A stretch of 61,030 nt of DNA from Vicinamibacteria bacterium (GTDB lineage Bacteria > Acidobacteriota > Vicinamibacteria > Fen-336): positions 1 through 61,030 of the forward strand of contig JBGPYB010000005.1 in the NCBI GenBank assembly GCA_041493035.1. Direction: 5' to 3'. The notes beneath the pieces were generated by a model. It searched no databases, was not told the DNA's origin, and saw nothing but the letters and a program-made list of their open reading frames with translations. Below are positions 10,035 to 18,781 of the stretch, piece by piece. Every line of letters starts with the position of its first letter. Position 1 is the stretch's first letter. The position numbers and the translations under genes were made by a program.

Positions 10035-11372
10035 TCAGGGCTTTCGCGGCGGCGAGCCGACTCCTTCGAGGGCTCGGTCCAGCTCCTCTTGCAAGCGACT
10101 GTCCCCGGTGTGCAGGAGGAGAAGGCGCGCTTCCTCGCGACGAGCGAGGCGGGCCAGGCAGAGCGCGCGATCGAAGCGCGCCTCGGGTGGAAGCAACCAA
10201 CCGTCTCCTTGCGCCTCGAGTGTTCCGAACAGACGAAGCGCTTCGGCGGGTTTGCCTCCGCCGAAAGCGTCGACCGCAGCCACGAAGTCGGGCGGCGGCG
10301 GGTCGTCTTCACCCGGAGCGAGCCCGTTTTCGAGCAATGTCGGCCGAGGGGCCTTGGGCCGTCGCTCCACCGGACGATGATTCCACGCGCTGCGGGGGAC
10401 CGTCTCCTGAACGTCGGCCTTGGTCAGCGCTTCGACGGCCGTGGGAAGCGTCAGGTTGAAGGGAGGACGCACCCCGACTCCCGAGAAGCCGCGGCGGTTG
10501 ATGAGGACGGCGGCGGGGGGTTCCACTCGGAGCGACGCGAGGACGCCGGGGCCGCCGGCGAAGGGCCAGGTGTAGCGATAGAGGCTGACCACTCCTCGCA
10601 GCGCCTGGTCCTGGTCGGCGGAAGGGGGAACGAGGACCACCTGGACCGACGCTGGCAGCAGGCGCTTGAGAGCCTCGAGATCGGCCGAGCACGTGCGACA
10701 TTTCGGCTCCGCGGCGTAGAGCAGCGTGGGGATGTCGGTGTCGAAACGGAGCATGGCGCCACTCGAAAGGCGGGTTCGCTCGGGAAGAACGAACGGGCCG
10801 TCCCGATGCTGGACCTTGGGCTCGGTCCGCAGTGCCAGGATCCGGACGTGATCGATCTCGGCCTGCAGGCTCGGCAGACCCGCGGCGTCCGCGGCGTCCC
10901 CTGCCACGGCCATCTTCTCGGCATCGAGGCCCTGAACACCTCCGGCCAGGACGATGTCGAGGGCCTCCCGTCCGCGGCCCAGCACGATGAGTGACCGCGC
11001 CAGGCGCACCGCAGCCCCCCCGGCGGGATCGAGGTCGAAGGCGCGGCGAAGGTAGCGCGCCGCGGCGTCGTGGCGGCCGGCAGACGCCAGTGAGACCCCG
11101 ACGGCTTCGTAGAGGCGGGAGCGGTGGCGCCGGTACTCTCCCCGCGCCGCCACGAACGCGTCCTCCACCACCTCCCCCTTCCGCCCCGCCCGAACGTAGG
11201 CGGTGGGCTCGAAGTCGGCGGTGACCGTGAGCGCCTTCCGCGCTTCGATCAGGCTCTGATCCGGATGAGCCGCGGCGCCGGCGATCGCCTTGGCCGCCAA
11301 CGTCTCCGCCTGATCGATGGGCGAAGGCCCGGCGGCCAGGAGCAGGATCGCGGCCACAACCCGACTCACCAC
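10035..11372 (-). CDS. Secreted TPR-like protein with a central CxxC thioredoxin-like segment
   Basis: Signal peptide, TPR-like helices at both ends, PTLLYAAEPKCRTC segment. Confidence 0.7.
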   Translation of the reverse strand: MVSRVVAAILLLAAGPSPIDQAETLAAKAIAGAAAHPDQSLIEARKALTVTADFEPTAYVRAGRKGEVVEDAFVAARGEYRRHRSRLYEAVGVSLASAGRHDAAARYLRRAFDLDPAGGAAVRLARSLIVLGRGREALDIVLAGGVQGLDAEKMAVAGDAADAAGLPSLQAEIDHVRILALRTEPKVQHRDGPFVLPERTRLSSGAMLRFDTDIPTLLYAAEPKCRTCSADLEALKRLLPASVQVVLVPPSADQDQALRGVVSLYRYTWPFAGGPGVLASLRVEPPAAVLINRRGFSGVGVRPPFNLTLPTAVEALTKADVQETVPRSAWNHRPVERRPKAPRPTLLENGLAPGEDDPPPPDFVAAVDAFGGGKPAEALRLFGTLEAQGDGWLLPPEARFDRALCLARLARREEARLLLLHTGDSRLQEELDRALEGVGSPPRKP

Positions 11373-11382
11373 GCGTCCTCCT

Positions 11383-12552
11383 TCAACTCGTTCGGGGATG
11401 CAGCCGGGAGAAGCGCCTCTCGGCCTCGTCCAGCGTCGCGTCCTTCTTGCAGAACGCGAAGCGAACCTGGCGGCTGCCGTCGGTGGCGTCCCTGTAGAAC
11501 GACGAACCCGGCACCGCCGCGACTCCGACGTCCTGGACCAGGTGCCGAACGAAGGCCACGTCGTCGTCCCAGCCGAGGCCGTCGATTTCCGTCATGACGT
11601 AGTACGCCCCGGCAGGCCGATGAACCCGAAAGCCGGTGCCCTCCAGTATTCCCACGAGGCGATCGCGCCTCCGCGCGTAGCCGGCGGCGAGATCGGCGTA
11701 GTACGTGGCCGGCAGAGCCAGCGCGACGGCGCCCGCCTCCTGGAGCGGAGCCGCGGCGCCGACCGTGAGGAAGTCGTGGATCTTGCGAATCGCGTTCGTG
11801 AGGACGGGCGGAGCGATCGTCCAGCCCACGCGCCATCCCGTGACGCTGTAGGTCTTGCTCATGCCGTTGATGGTGATCGTCCTCTCGGCCATCCCGGGGA
11901 GAGAGGCCATGGGCACGTGACGCGCGCCGTCGTACAGGATGTGCTCGTAGATCTCGTCGGTGAGCGCCACGGCATCGTGGCGTCGGCAGAGGGCGGCGAT
12001 CGTTTCCAGCTCCTCGGCGCTGAAGACCTTTCCCGTCGGGTTGTTCGGCGTGTTCACGATGATAGCGCGGGTCCGCGACGTGAAGGCGCGCGCCAACTCG
12101 TCGGGATCGAAGGACCAGTTCGGTGGCCGCAGGCGAACGAAGCGCGGCACCGCTCCCGAAAGGACGGCGTCGGGACCGTAGTTCTCGTAGAAGGGCTCGA
12201 AGACCACGACCTCGTCTCCCGGATCGACCAGGGCCAGAAGTGCCGCCACCATGGCCTCGGTGGATCCGCAGGTAACGGTCACCTCCCGCTCCGGGTCCAC
12301 AGAGACGCCGTAGAGATCGGTGAACTTTCGCGCGATCGCCTCGCGGAGCGGTCGCGCTCCCCAGGTGATGGCGTACTGGTTCACGTCATTCGCGACCGCG
12401 GCGCGCGCTGCTTCCTTGATTGGGGCGGGGGCTGGAAAGTCCGGGAAACCCTGGGACAGGTTGACCGCTCCGTGAAGGTCCGCGAGGCGTGTCATCTCCC
12501 GGATCACCGACTCGGTGAATTGCGACGCCTTCGCCGACGGCCGGACGCTCAC
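11383..12552 (-). CDS. PLP-dependent aminotransferase class I/II
   Basis: NLSQGFPDF, NTPNNPTGKVF, DEIYEH, SKTYSVTGWRVG. Confidence 0.93.
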   Translation of the reverse strand: MSVRPSAKASQFTESVIREMTRLADLHGAVNLSQGFPDFPAPAPIKEAARAAVANDVNQYAITWGARPLREAIARKFTDLYGVSVDPEREVTVTCGSTEAMVAALLALVDPGDEVVVFEPFYENYGPDAVLSGAVPRFVRLRPPNWSFDPDELARAFTSRTRAIIVNTPNNPTGKVFSAEELETIAALCRRHDAVALTDEIYEHILYDGARHVPMASLPGMAERTITINGMSKTYSVTGWRVGWTIAPPVLTNAIRKIHDFLTVGAAAPLQEAGAVALALPATYYADLAAGYARRRDRLVGILEGTGFRVHRPAGAYYVMTEIDGLGWDDDVAFVRHLVQDVGVAAVPGSSFYRDATDGSRQVRFAFCKKDATLDEAERRFSRLHPRTS

Positions 12553-13238
12553 GAGGTCGGCACCGCGGGCTTGGCCGGCTCCTTCTGCGGCGCCTTCGGA
12601 TCCTCGGGTGCGGGACTCTCGCTCGCTCCCACGGTGGCCGCGGCCAGCAGCGTCATGTCGGGGGGCAGGGGCCGAGACAGGTCCACGTGGCCCGCCAGGG
12701 TCGCGGCGGTCTGGTTGTCCACAAGGATCTGCACCCGGGCGATCGAGGGGAAGCTGGCGGTGATCGAATCGACGACGGAGTAGACGGTTCTCAATTCAGC
12801 GTCGCTTCCACCAGCGAGACCGTCTCGAGCCTCCTTGGACAGATCCACGTACGCCACGCCCTGCGCAGTGACGAAGACCTCCAACACTGTGGTGGAGGCC
12901 GGGAGAGTCGCCACGAGGCCGATCTCAGAGCCTTTGGCCAACTCCTCGACGAGGGTACGGATCTGCCCCGCCAAGTCGCTCGAGAAGGGAACCGCGCGCT
13001 CCTCCAGAACCAGGCCGCGGGCATCGGGGGCGTCGAAGAAGAGCTTCACGTTGATGGTGCGTTGGGCTTCGGGAGACGGCGACGCGGCCGGCGCGGGATG
13101 GAGCGCTCCCGGCTCCTCGGGAGTCGCGGCCAGCGGCTGACGGAAGAAGCGAGACCACCGCGGAGCGGTCAACGGGACGCCAGCCAAAAGGCCGACCAGT
13201 CCCACGGCGCTCAGCACGTCGGCCGTCCGTGACGTCAC
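12549..13238 (-). CDS. GerMN-domain membrane protein
   Basis: TM anchor; AYVDLS...GGSDAE..VYSVVDSI..VQILVD..TLAGHVDL; coupled to the amidase gene. Confidence 0.88.
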   Translation of the reverse strand: MTSRTADVLSAVGLVGLLAGVPLTAPRWSRFFRQPLAATPEEPGALHPAPAASPSPEAQRTINVKLFFDAPDARGLVLEERAVPFSSDLAGQIRTLVEELAKGSEIGLVATLPASTTVLEVFVTAQGVAYVDLSKEARDGLAGGSDAELRTVYSVVDSITASFPSIARVQILVDNQTAATLAGHVDLSRPLPPDMTLLAAATVGASESPAPEDPKAPQKEPAKPAVPTS

Positions 13239-14797
13239 GGGGTTGCGCCTCGCGAAGGCGTCACCGTGCTCTCGGTCCGGCGCGTCTCTTCCCCCTCGTA
13301 TCGCGAGATCCCCTTCAGGATCGCCGCCGCCACCTTGGACTGAAAGGCGTCGGCGGCCAGAAGCTTCTCTTCCTCGGGGTTGCTGATGAAGGCGATCTCC
13401 ACGAGCGCCGCGGGCATCGCGGCGCCCACCAGGACGCGGAAGGGGGCCTGCTTCATCCCGCGGGCCGGGCCGCCCGTGACCGTCGCCAGTTCCTCCTGGA
13501 TACGGGCGGCGAGGGACGACGACTCCTCGAGGTGCTCCGCTTGCGCCATGTCCCAGAGGATGAGTGCCAAGTCTGCGCCGCCCGCGGTAGGCGCGGCACC
13601 CGTCGCGGGCGTCGAGGCTCCCTCGGTCATGGCGACACGTCGGCTCTCGTCGTCGGAGGCCTGGTACGAGAGAAAGTAGACCTCGCTGCCGTTCGCCCCG
13701 CGACTCCGGCTGGCGTTCGCGTGGATCGAGAGAAAAAGGTCCGCCTTGTAGTTGTTGGCGATGGCGGCACGCTCGTCGAGGGGAACGTCCTCGTCCTTGT
13801 CCCGCGTGAGGAAGACCTGATAGCCGAGGCTGTTGACGATCAACGCGCGGAGCTTCCGGGCGACCTGGAGCGCGACGTCCTTCTCCAGCGTCCCGGTGGG
13901 ACCCTTGGCGCCGAAGTCGTCGCCTCCGTGCCCAGGGTCGATGACGACCGTGCGCTGTCGCGGCTCCGGCGGCGAGGGCGGCCGAACGGCGGACGTGCTC
14001 GAAGGGGCGGGCGCCGGCGTGGGTGCCAGGCGAGCCGACGCCGGGACCGCTTGAAACTCCAGGACCAGGCGCGGCGGCCCCTCCTGCTCATAGGCCTTCA
14101 GTTGCTGGAAGCGACGCCCGAGAGTGACGCTCAGCACGTTGTCTCGCCCACCCAGATACTGGATCCAGTCCACGATACCGCCCGTGAGACGCTCCTGCTG
14201 GAACGCGACCTCCACGACGTCGCGCGGAATCGAGACGAGGACCTTTCCTTCCTGCTGGACGACGTGAAACGGGATCTTCTCGCTCGCGTCGAGAACGACT
14301 CGCACGAGATCGCCGGAGACAAAGCTGTTGACCCCGACGCGGGGCACCGGCACGCTGCCGATGAGCAGCGTGCGGGACGCGGCGCGCCACTCGGCGCGCT
14401 TCGCCAGGAGCGGACCGAGAAGGCGAGGGATGCCGTCGATCGGCAGCAGCCACTGCCCTCCCTCGAGGAGCGCCGGTGATGAGAGAAGTCGCAGCTCGCC
14501 ACCGACCGAGGCGAGGCTCTTCTTGTGGTACAGGCTCGCTTCCCGCCCCTGGAAGGTGAGCGTGACCGCGCCCGCCGTCGCGTCGTTGTGGACCGCGATC
14601 CCTAGGCCCGCGATCACCAGCTCGAGAGGGACAAGCTCGATCTCGCCCCTCACGACGGGCGCGATCTCACGTCGCTGCCCTTCGAGCAGAAGCACGACCG
14701 GCTCGGCCGAGGCGGCGTGGAGAGAGGGGGTGACGGTCAGGACGGCCAACAGAAGGAAACGGATCCGGATGGAGGCTTCTCCCCTCGTAGGCGTCAC
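13235..14797 (-). CDS. N-acetylmuramoyl-L-alanine amidase (Amidase_3, AmiC-like)
   Basis: VVIDPGHGG, EKDVAL, FLSIHANAS, LVEIAFISN; signal peptide. Confidence 0.93.
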   Translation of the reverse strand: MTPTRGEASIRIRFLLLAVLTVTPSLHAASAEPVVLLLEGQRREIAPVVRGEIELVPLELVIAGLGIAVHNDATAGAVTLTFQGREASLYHKKSLASVGGELRLLSSPALLEGGQWLLPIDGIPRLLGPLLAKRAEWRAASRTLLIGSVPVPRVGVNSFVSGDLVRVVLDASEKIPFHVVQQEGKVLVSIPRDVVEVAFQQERLTGGIVDWIQYLGGRDNVLSVTLGRRFQQLKAYEQEGPPRLVLEFQAVPASARLAPTPAPAPSSTSAVRPPSPPEPRQRTVVIDPGHGGDDFGAKGPTGTLEKDVALQVARKLRALIVNSLGYQVFLTRDKDEDVPLDERAAIANNYKADLFLSIHANASRSRGANGSEVYFLSYQASDDESRRVAMTEGASTPATGAAPTAGGADLALILWDMAQAEHLEESSSLAARIQEELATVTGGPARGMKQAPFRVLVGAAMPAALVEIAFISNPEEEKLLAADAFQSKVAAAILKGISRYEGEETRRTESTVTPSRGATP

Positions 14798-14855
14798 ACC
14801 GTCAACATCTTAGCATGTTCAACCCGAGGGCCTGCCGAACGGTCTAACCCTCATC

Positions 14856-16553
14856 ATGAAGGTCGCGACGCTCCCAAGGGCCGCTTGCCTGCTTCTGTCT
14901 GCGCTCGGGGTACCCCCTCTGGAATCAGCAGTCATCGAGCCCCCCGCCCAGGATGCCGCAATCGTCCATGCACTGAACCGGCTCGGCTACGGACCGCGTC
15001 CAGGAGACGTTGCGCGGGTGCGGGACGTGGGCCTCGACAAATGGGTCGACTCCCAACTCCATCCCGACCGGCTGTCGGACAAGGACGTGGAGGCTCGGAT
15101 CGCCACCCTGAGGACGGCCGGGCTCTCCTCTGCTGACTTGATCAAGCACTACCAACTCCCTCCCGCCGCCCGGAAGGAGTTCGCCGAGCGCAAGGCAGCG
15201 ATCGGTGAAGGCGCCACCGAGGAAGCCGTGCGCCAAATCCGTCGCGACGTGGCTCAGAAGTACGGCGGCGACATGGAGGGAGGCGCCCGGCAAGTGGTCG
15301 ACGAGCTTCAGCAGGCCAAGGTGGTACGCGCGATCTACAGTGAGCGCCAGCTTGGCGAGGTGATGGTCGACTTCTGGATGAACCACTTCAACGTCTACGC
15401 CGACAAAGGACAGGACAAGTTTCTCCTCGGCGAGTTCGAGCGCCGCACGATCCGCCCGCACGCCTGGGGGAAATTCGAGGACCTTCTGCGAGCGACGGCG
15501 GAAAGCCCCGCAATGCTCTTCTACCTCGACAACTGGCTCTCCTCGGACCCCAACGCACCAGCGCCGGGAAGCAGGCTCGAGCGATCGCGCCGCTTCGGGC
15601 AGGCCGCGCATGGAGCCGCTGGTCCGCCCACGTCCATGACGAAGCCGGGCCAGGACAAAAGGCGCGGCCTCAACGAGAACTACGCCCGCGAGATCATGGA
15701 GCTTCACACCCTGGGCGTCGACGGCGGGTACACCCAGACCGACGTCACCGAGATCGCTCGCTGTTTCACAGGCTGGACGATCAATGGCCTGGGCCGTGGC
15801 GCCCAAGGCCGACGTGACGATCCGGATCCGGAGTTCGCCTTCGTGGCGCGCCTTCACGACAAGCGAGACAAGACGGTGCTCGGCCAAAGGATCCGCGGCG
15901 GCGGAAAGGAAGAGGGAGACGAGGTGATCCACATCCTCGCGACCCAACCCGCGACCGCGCGCCTCATCTCACTCAAGCTCGCCCGCCGCTTCGTCTCGGA
16001 CGCTCCACCGGCGACGCTGGTCGACCGGGCGGCCGAGACCTTCCGCAGGACAGACGGCGACATCCGGGCCGTTCTCACGACGATCGTGACGTCCCCTGAG
16101 TTCCAGGCCCCGGAGGCCAGGTCGGCGAAGGTCAAGACACCTCTCGAGTTCGTGGTCAGCTCTGTCCGGGCGGTCGGAGCCGATGTCTCGAGCGCCTCCG
16201 ACCTCGCCCGACGGATCGCCTCGATGGGGATGCCGCTCTATCGACAACAGCCGCCCACGGGGTACAAGGACACGGCCGAGGCTTGGATCTCCACAGGCAG
16301 CCTCCTCGCCCGCCTCAACTTCGCCCTCGACCTTTCAGCCGGGAAGGTGAGTGGAGCTGCCGTGCCAGCCCAAGGGGTCGCGGCCGCTGCGCGAGACTCG
16401 CGAGCCCTCGCCGACGCGCTGGCGCTGCGCCTCGTCCCCTCGGGCCTGTCGCAACAGACCCGTCAGACGATCGACGCCGAGGCCGCCACCGGGCTGAACC
16501 CAGCCCGCATAGCCGGCCTGATTCTCGGCTCCCCGGAATTCCAGAGGAAATAG
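14856..16553 (+). CDS. DUF1800 family protein
   Basis: HALNRLGYG, VDFWMNHFNV, MLFYLDN, NENYAREIMELHTLG, C-terminal SPEFQRK. Confidence 0.92.
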   Translation: MKVATLPRAACLLLSALGVPPLESAVIEPPAQDAAIVHALNRLGYGPRPGDVARVRDVGLDKWVDSQLHPDRLSDKDVEARIATLRTAGLSSADLIKHYQLPPAARKEFAERKAAIGEGATEEAVRQIRRDVAQKYGGDMEGGARQVVDELQQAKVVRAIYSERQLGEVMVDFWMNHFNVYADKGQDKFLLGEFERRTIRPHAWGKFEDLLRATAESPAMLFYLDNWLSSDPNAPAPGSRLERSRRFGQAAHGAAGPPTSMTKPGQDKRRGLNENYAREIMELHTLGVDGGYTQTDVTEIARCFTGWTINGLGRGAQGRRDDPDPEFAFVARLHDKRDKTVLGQRIRGGGKEEGDEVIHILATQPATARLISLKLARRFVSDAPPATLVDRAAETFRRTDGDIRAVLTTIVTSPEFQAPEARSAKVKTPLEFVVSSVRAVGADVSSASDLARRIASMGMPLYRQQPPTGYKDTAEAWISTGSLLARLNFALDLSAGKVSGAAVPAQGVAAAARDSRALADALALRLVPSGLSQQTRQTIDAEAATGLNPARIAGLILGSPEFQRK

Positions 16554-16555
16554 CC

Positions 16556-17812
16556 ATGCCCACGACGAGCCGCCGCGTCTTCCTGAAGTCCTCCGGTCTC
16601 GCACTCGTCTCGTTCGGTGCTGTGCCGGCCGTCTTCGCGCGCGCCGCTCTGGCAGCCGATGGCGCCAGACGGCGCAAGACCGTCGTGGTCGTATTCCAGC
16701 GGGGCGCCTGCGACGGCCTGAACGTCGTCGTCCCTTACGGCGAGGCGAGCTATCGGGCCCTGCGCCCCACCATCGCCCTCCCGTCCCCCAAGGGCGGTGG
16801 ACGGGATGCCGCCCTCGACCTCGATGGCTTCTTCGGATTGCATCCGGCCCTCGAGCCCGTTCTCCCGTTCTGGCGCGACGGTAGCCTCGCCGCGGTCCAC
16901 GCTGTGGGAAGCCCTGATGCCACCCGGTCTCACTTCGACGCCCAGGACTTCATGGAAAGCGGCACACCGGGGCGGAAGGCCACGGAGGACGGGTGGATGA
17001 ACCGCTGTCTTCAGGCCAACCCTGATGGGCAGGCCACTCCTTTCCGCGCGGTCGCGATGACTCCCAACCTTCCCCGCTCGCTGGCCGGCCGCGCCCCGGC
17101 AGTGGCCTTGCCCAGCATCCGCGGCTTCGATCTGCGTGCTTCGGCGGGCGCCGCCGTGGCCCGCGGGTTCGAGGACATGTACGCCGGCGCCGTCCAGGAC
17201 ACGCTGCACGGAACGGGGCAGGAGACCTTCGATGCGGTTCAGTTCCTGAAGAAGACCGACCCCTCTCGGTACATCCCCGCGCCCGGTGCCCTGTACCCGC
17301 GCGGCGGCTACGGCGAGAGCCTCAGACAGGTCGCGCAGCTCCTGAGGGCCGACGTCGGCCTCGAGCTGGCTTTCACGGAAATCGGCGGTTGGGACCACCA
17401 CGCGGCAGAGGGTGCGGTGCAGGGACAGCTCGCCGGCCGGCTGCGCGAGCTGGGAGCGGCCCTCGCGGCCTTCCACAAGGACCTGGGAAGCCGCATGGAG
17501 GATGTGGTCGTCGTGACCCTGACCGAATTCGGCCGAACGGTCCGCGAGAACGGGAATCGTGGCACCGACCACGGCCACGCGAGCGTGTCATTCGTCCTGG
17601 GCGGTCCGGTGAGCGGTGGGAAGGTCCACGGCCGGTGGCCGGGACTACGCAGCGAACAGCTCTACGAGGGACGGGACCTGGCCGTAACCACGGACTTCCG
17701 CGACCTTCTGGGAGAAGTGGTGGCGCGCCACCTCGGTGTCCGGGATCTGGCCGCGGTCTTCCCCGGCTACGAGCCGCGCCCGGAGCGTTTCCCCGGCGTC
17801 CTGCGCTCCTGA
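16556..17812 (+). CDS. DUF1501 family protein (Tat signal)
   Basis: SRRVFLK twin-arginine, FQRGACDGLN, TRSHFDAQ, GGWDHH, TEFGRT..EN...GTDHG. Confidence 0.92.
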   Translation: MPTTSRRVFLKSSGLALVSFGAVPAVFARAALAADGARRRKTVVVVFQRGACDGLNVVVPYGEASYRALRPTIALPSPKGGGRDAALDLDGFFGLHPALEPVLPFWRDGSLAAVHAVGSPDATRSHFDAQDFMESGTPGRKATEDGWMNRCLQANPDGQATPFRAVAMTPNLPRSLAGRAPAVALPSIRGFDLRASAGAAVARGFEDMYAGAVQDTLHGTGQETFDAVQFLKKTDPSRYIPAPGALYPRGGYGESLRQVAQLLRADVGLELAFTEIGGWDHHAAEGAVQGQLAGRLRELGAALAAFHKDLGSRMEDVVVVTLTEFGRTVRENGNRGTDHGHASVSFVLGGPVSGGKVHGRWPGLRSEQLYEGRDLAVTTDFRDLLGEVVARHLGVRDLAAVFPGYEPRPERFPGVLRS

Positions 17813-17854
17813 AAGCGCTTGCAGAAGCGGCGCCCCACGCGTATAAGGTGAAGC

Positions 17855-18781
17855 GTGACACCGACTTCGTCCCATCGGCGCGTCGGGTTCTGGCTCGTCG
17901 ATTCCGCAAACGAATTCCAGCAAATGTTGAAGGCCAGTGCGGAGGCCGCCTGCCGAAAGGCCGAGCTTTCCGTGGAGGTCTACTTCACCGGAGACGACCT
18001 CGGCAGCCAGGTCAGCCAGATCCGAGCGGCGCTCGAGAGCCCCGATCCGGCCAGCGCGTTCGTCGTCCTGGCGACGCGGGATCGCGGCCTCGCACGTTGC
18101 GTCCGCGCCGCGGCCCGAGCCGGAATTTGCTGGATCTACTTGAACCGGACCGATGACGATCTTCCTCCGATTCGCGAAGAGTTTCCCGATGCAGCCATTG
18201 GCACCGTCACCGCGGACGAGGTGGAGACGGGACGGATCCAGGGACGGCAGTTCCGGGCGCTCGTCGCGCCAGGAGGGCTTGTCCTCTACGTTCAGGGTGG
18301 GACGCGAAGCGCCGTGGCACGGGACCGCTCCGCCGGAATGCTCGAGGCCGTAGCCGGGGCCCCCTTTGAGGTCTCCCTGCTCGAGGGGGGGTGGGATCCA
18401 TCCGCGGCTCGGGACGCGATCCGTCGCTGGCTCGGCATCGTGGCACAAGGGACCGTCCGGATCGATCTCGTGGGTTGCCAGAACGACCCCATCGCCGTGG
18501 CCGCGCTGGAGGCTCTTCACGACGCAGCGCAATCGCTCGCGCGACCCGATCTGGCGCGCGTCCCCGTCACTGGATGCGACGGGACGCCGGCCGTAGGACA
18601 GCGTCTGGTCAGGGAAGGGACCCTCGCCGCCACCGTGGTACTTCCAAACTGGGGTGGCGCCGCAGTGCAAGCCGTGACCCGGTTCTTGAACCACGGAGAG
18701 AAGCCGCCACCGATGACTCTCGTGACGCCTACGTCGTTTCCCCCCGAGCGGGATCTGCGTGGCGTGGCGATCGCGCGCTGA
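17855..18781 (+). CDS. Stand-alone RbsB/LacI-type substrate-binding-fold protein without signal peptide
   Basis: NEFQ, GRIQG, QNDPIA, GCDG and ATV motifs of periplasmic-binding-protein type I; no hydrophobic N-terminus, no HTH. Confidence 0.8.
   Translation: MTPTSSHRRVGFWLVDSANEFQQMLKASAEAACRKAELSVEVYFTGDDLGSQVSQIRAALESPDPASAFVVLATRDRGLARCVRAAARAGICWIYLNRTDDDLPPIREEFPDAAIGTVTADEVETGRIQGRQFRALVAPGGLVLYVQGGTRSAVARDRSAGMLEAVAGAPFEVSLLEGGWDPSAARDAIRRWLGIVAQGTVRIDLVGCQNDPIAVAALEALHDAAQSLARPDLARVPVTGCDGTPAVGQRLVREGTLAATVVLPNWGGAAVQAVTRFLNHGEKPPPMTLVTPTSFPPERDLRGVAIAR

Noticed and set aside
12889-12899. GTGGTGGAGGC match to the tmRNA 3' end as a possible att repeat
   Set aside because: Only 11 bp, inside the intact GerMN gene; expected by chance, so no tmRNA island boundary can be called
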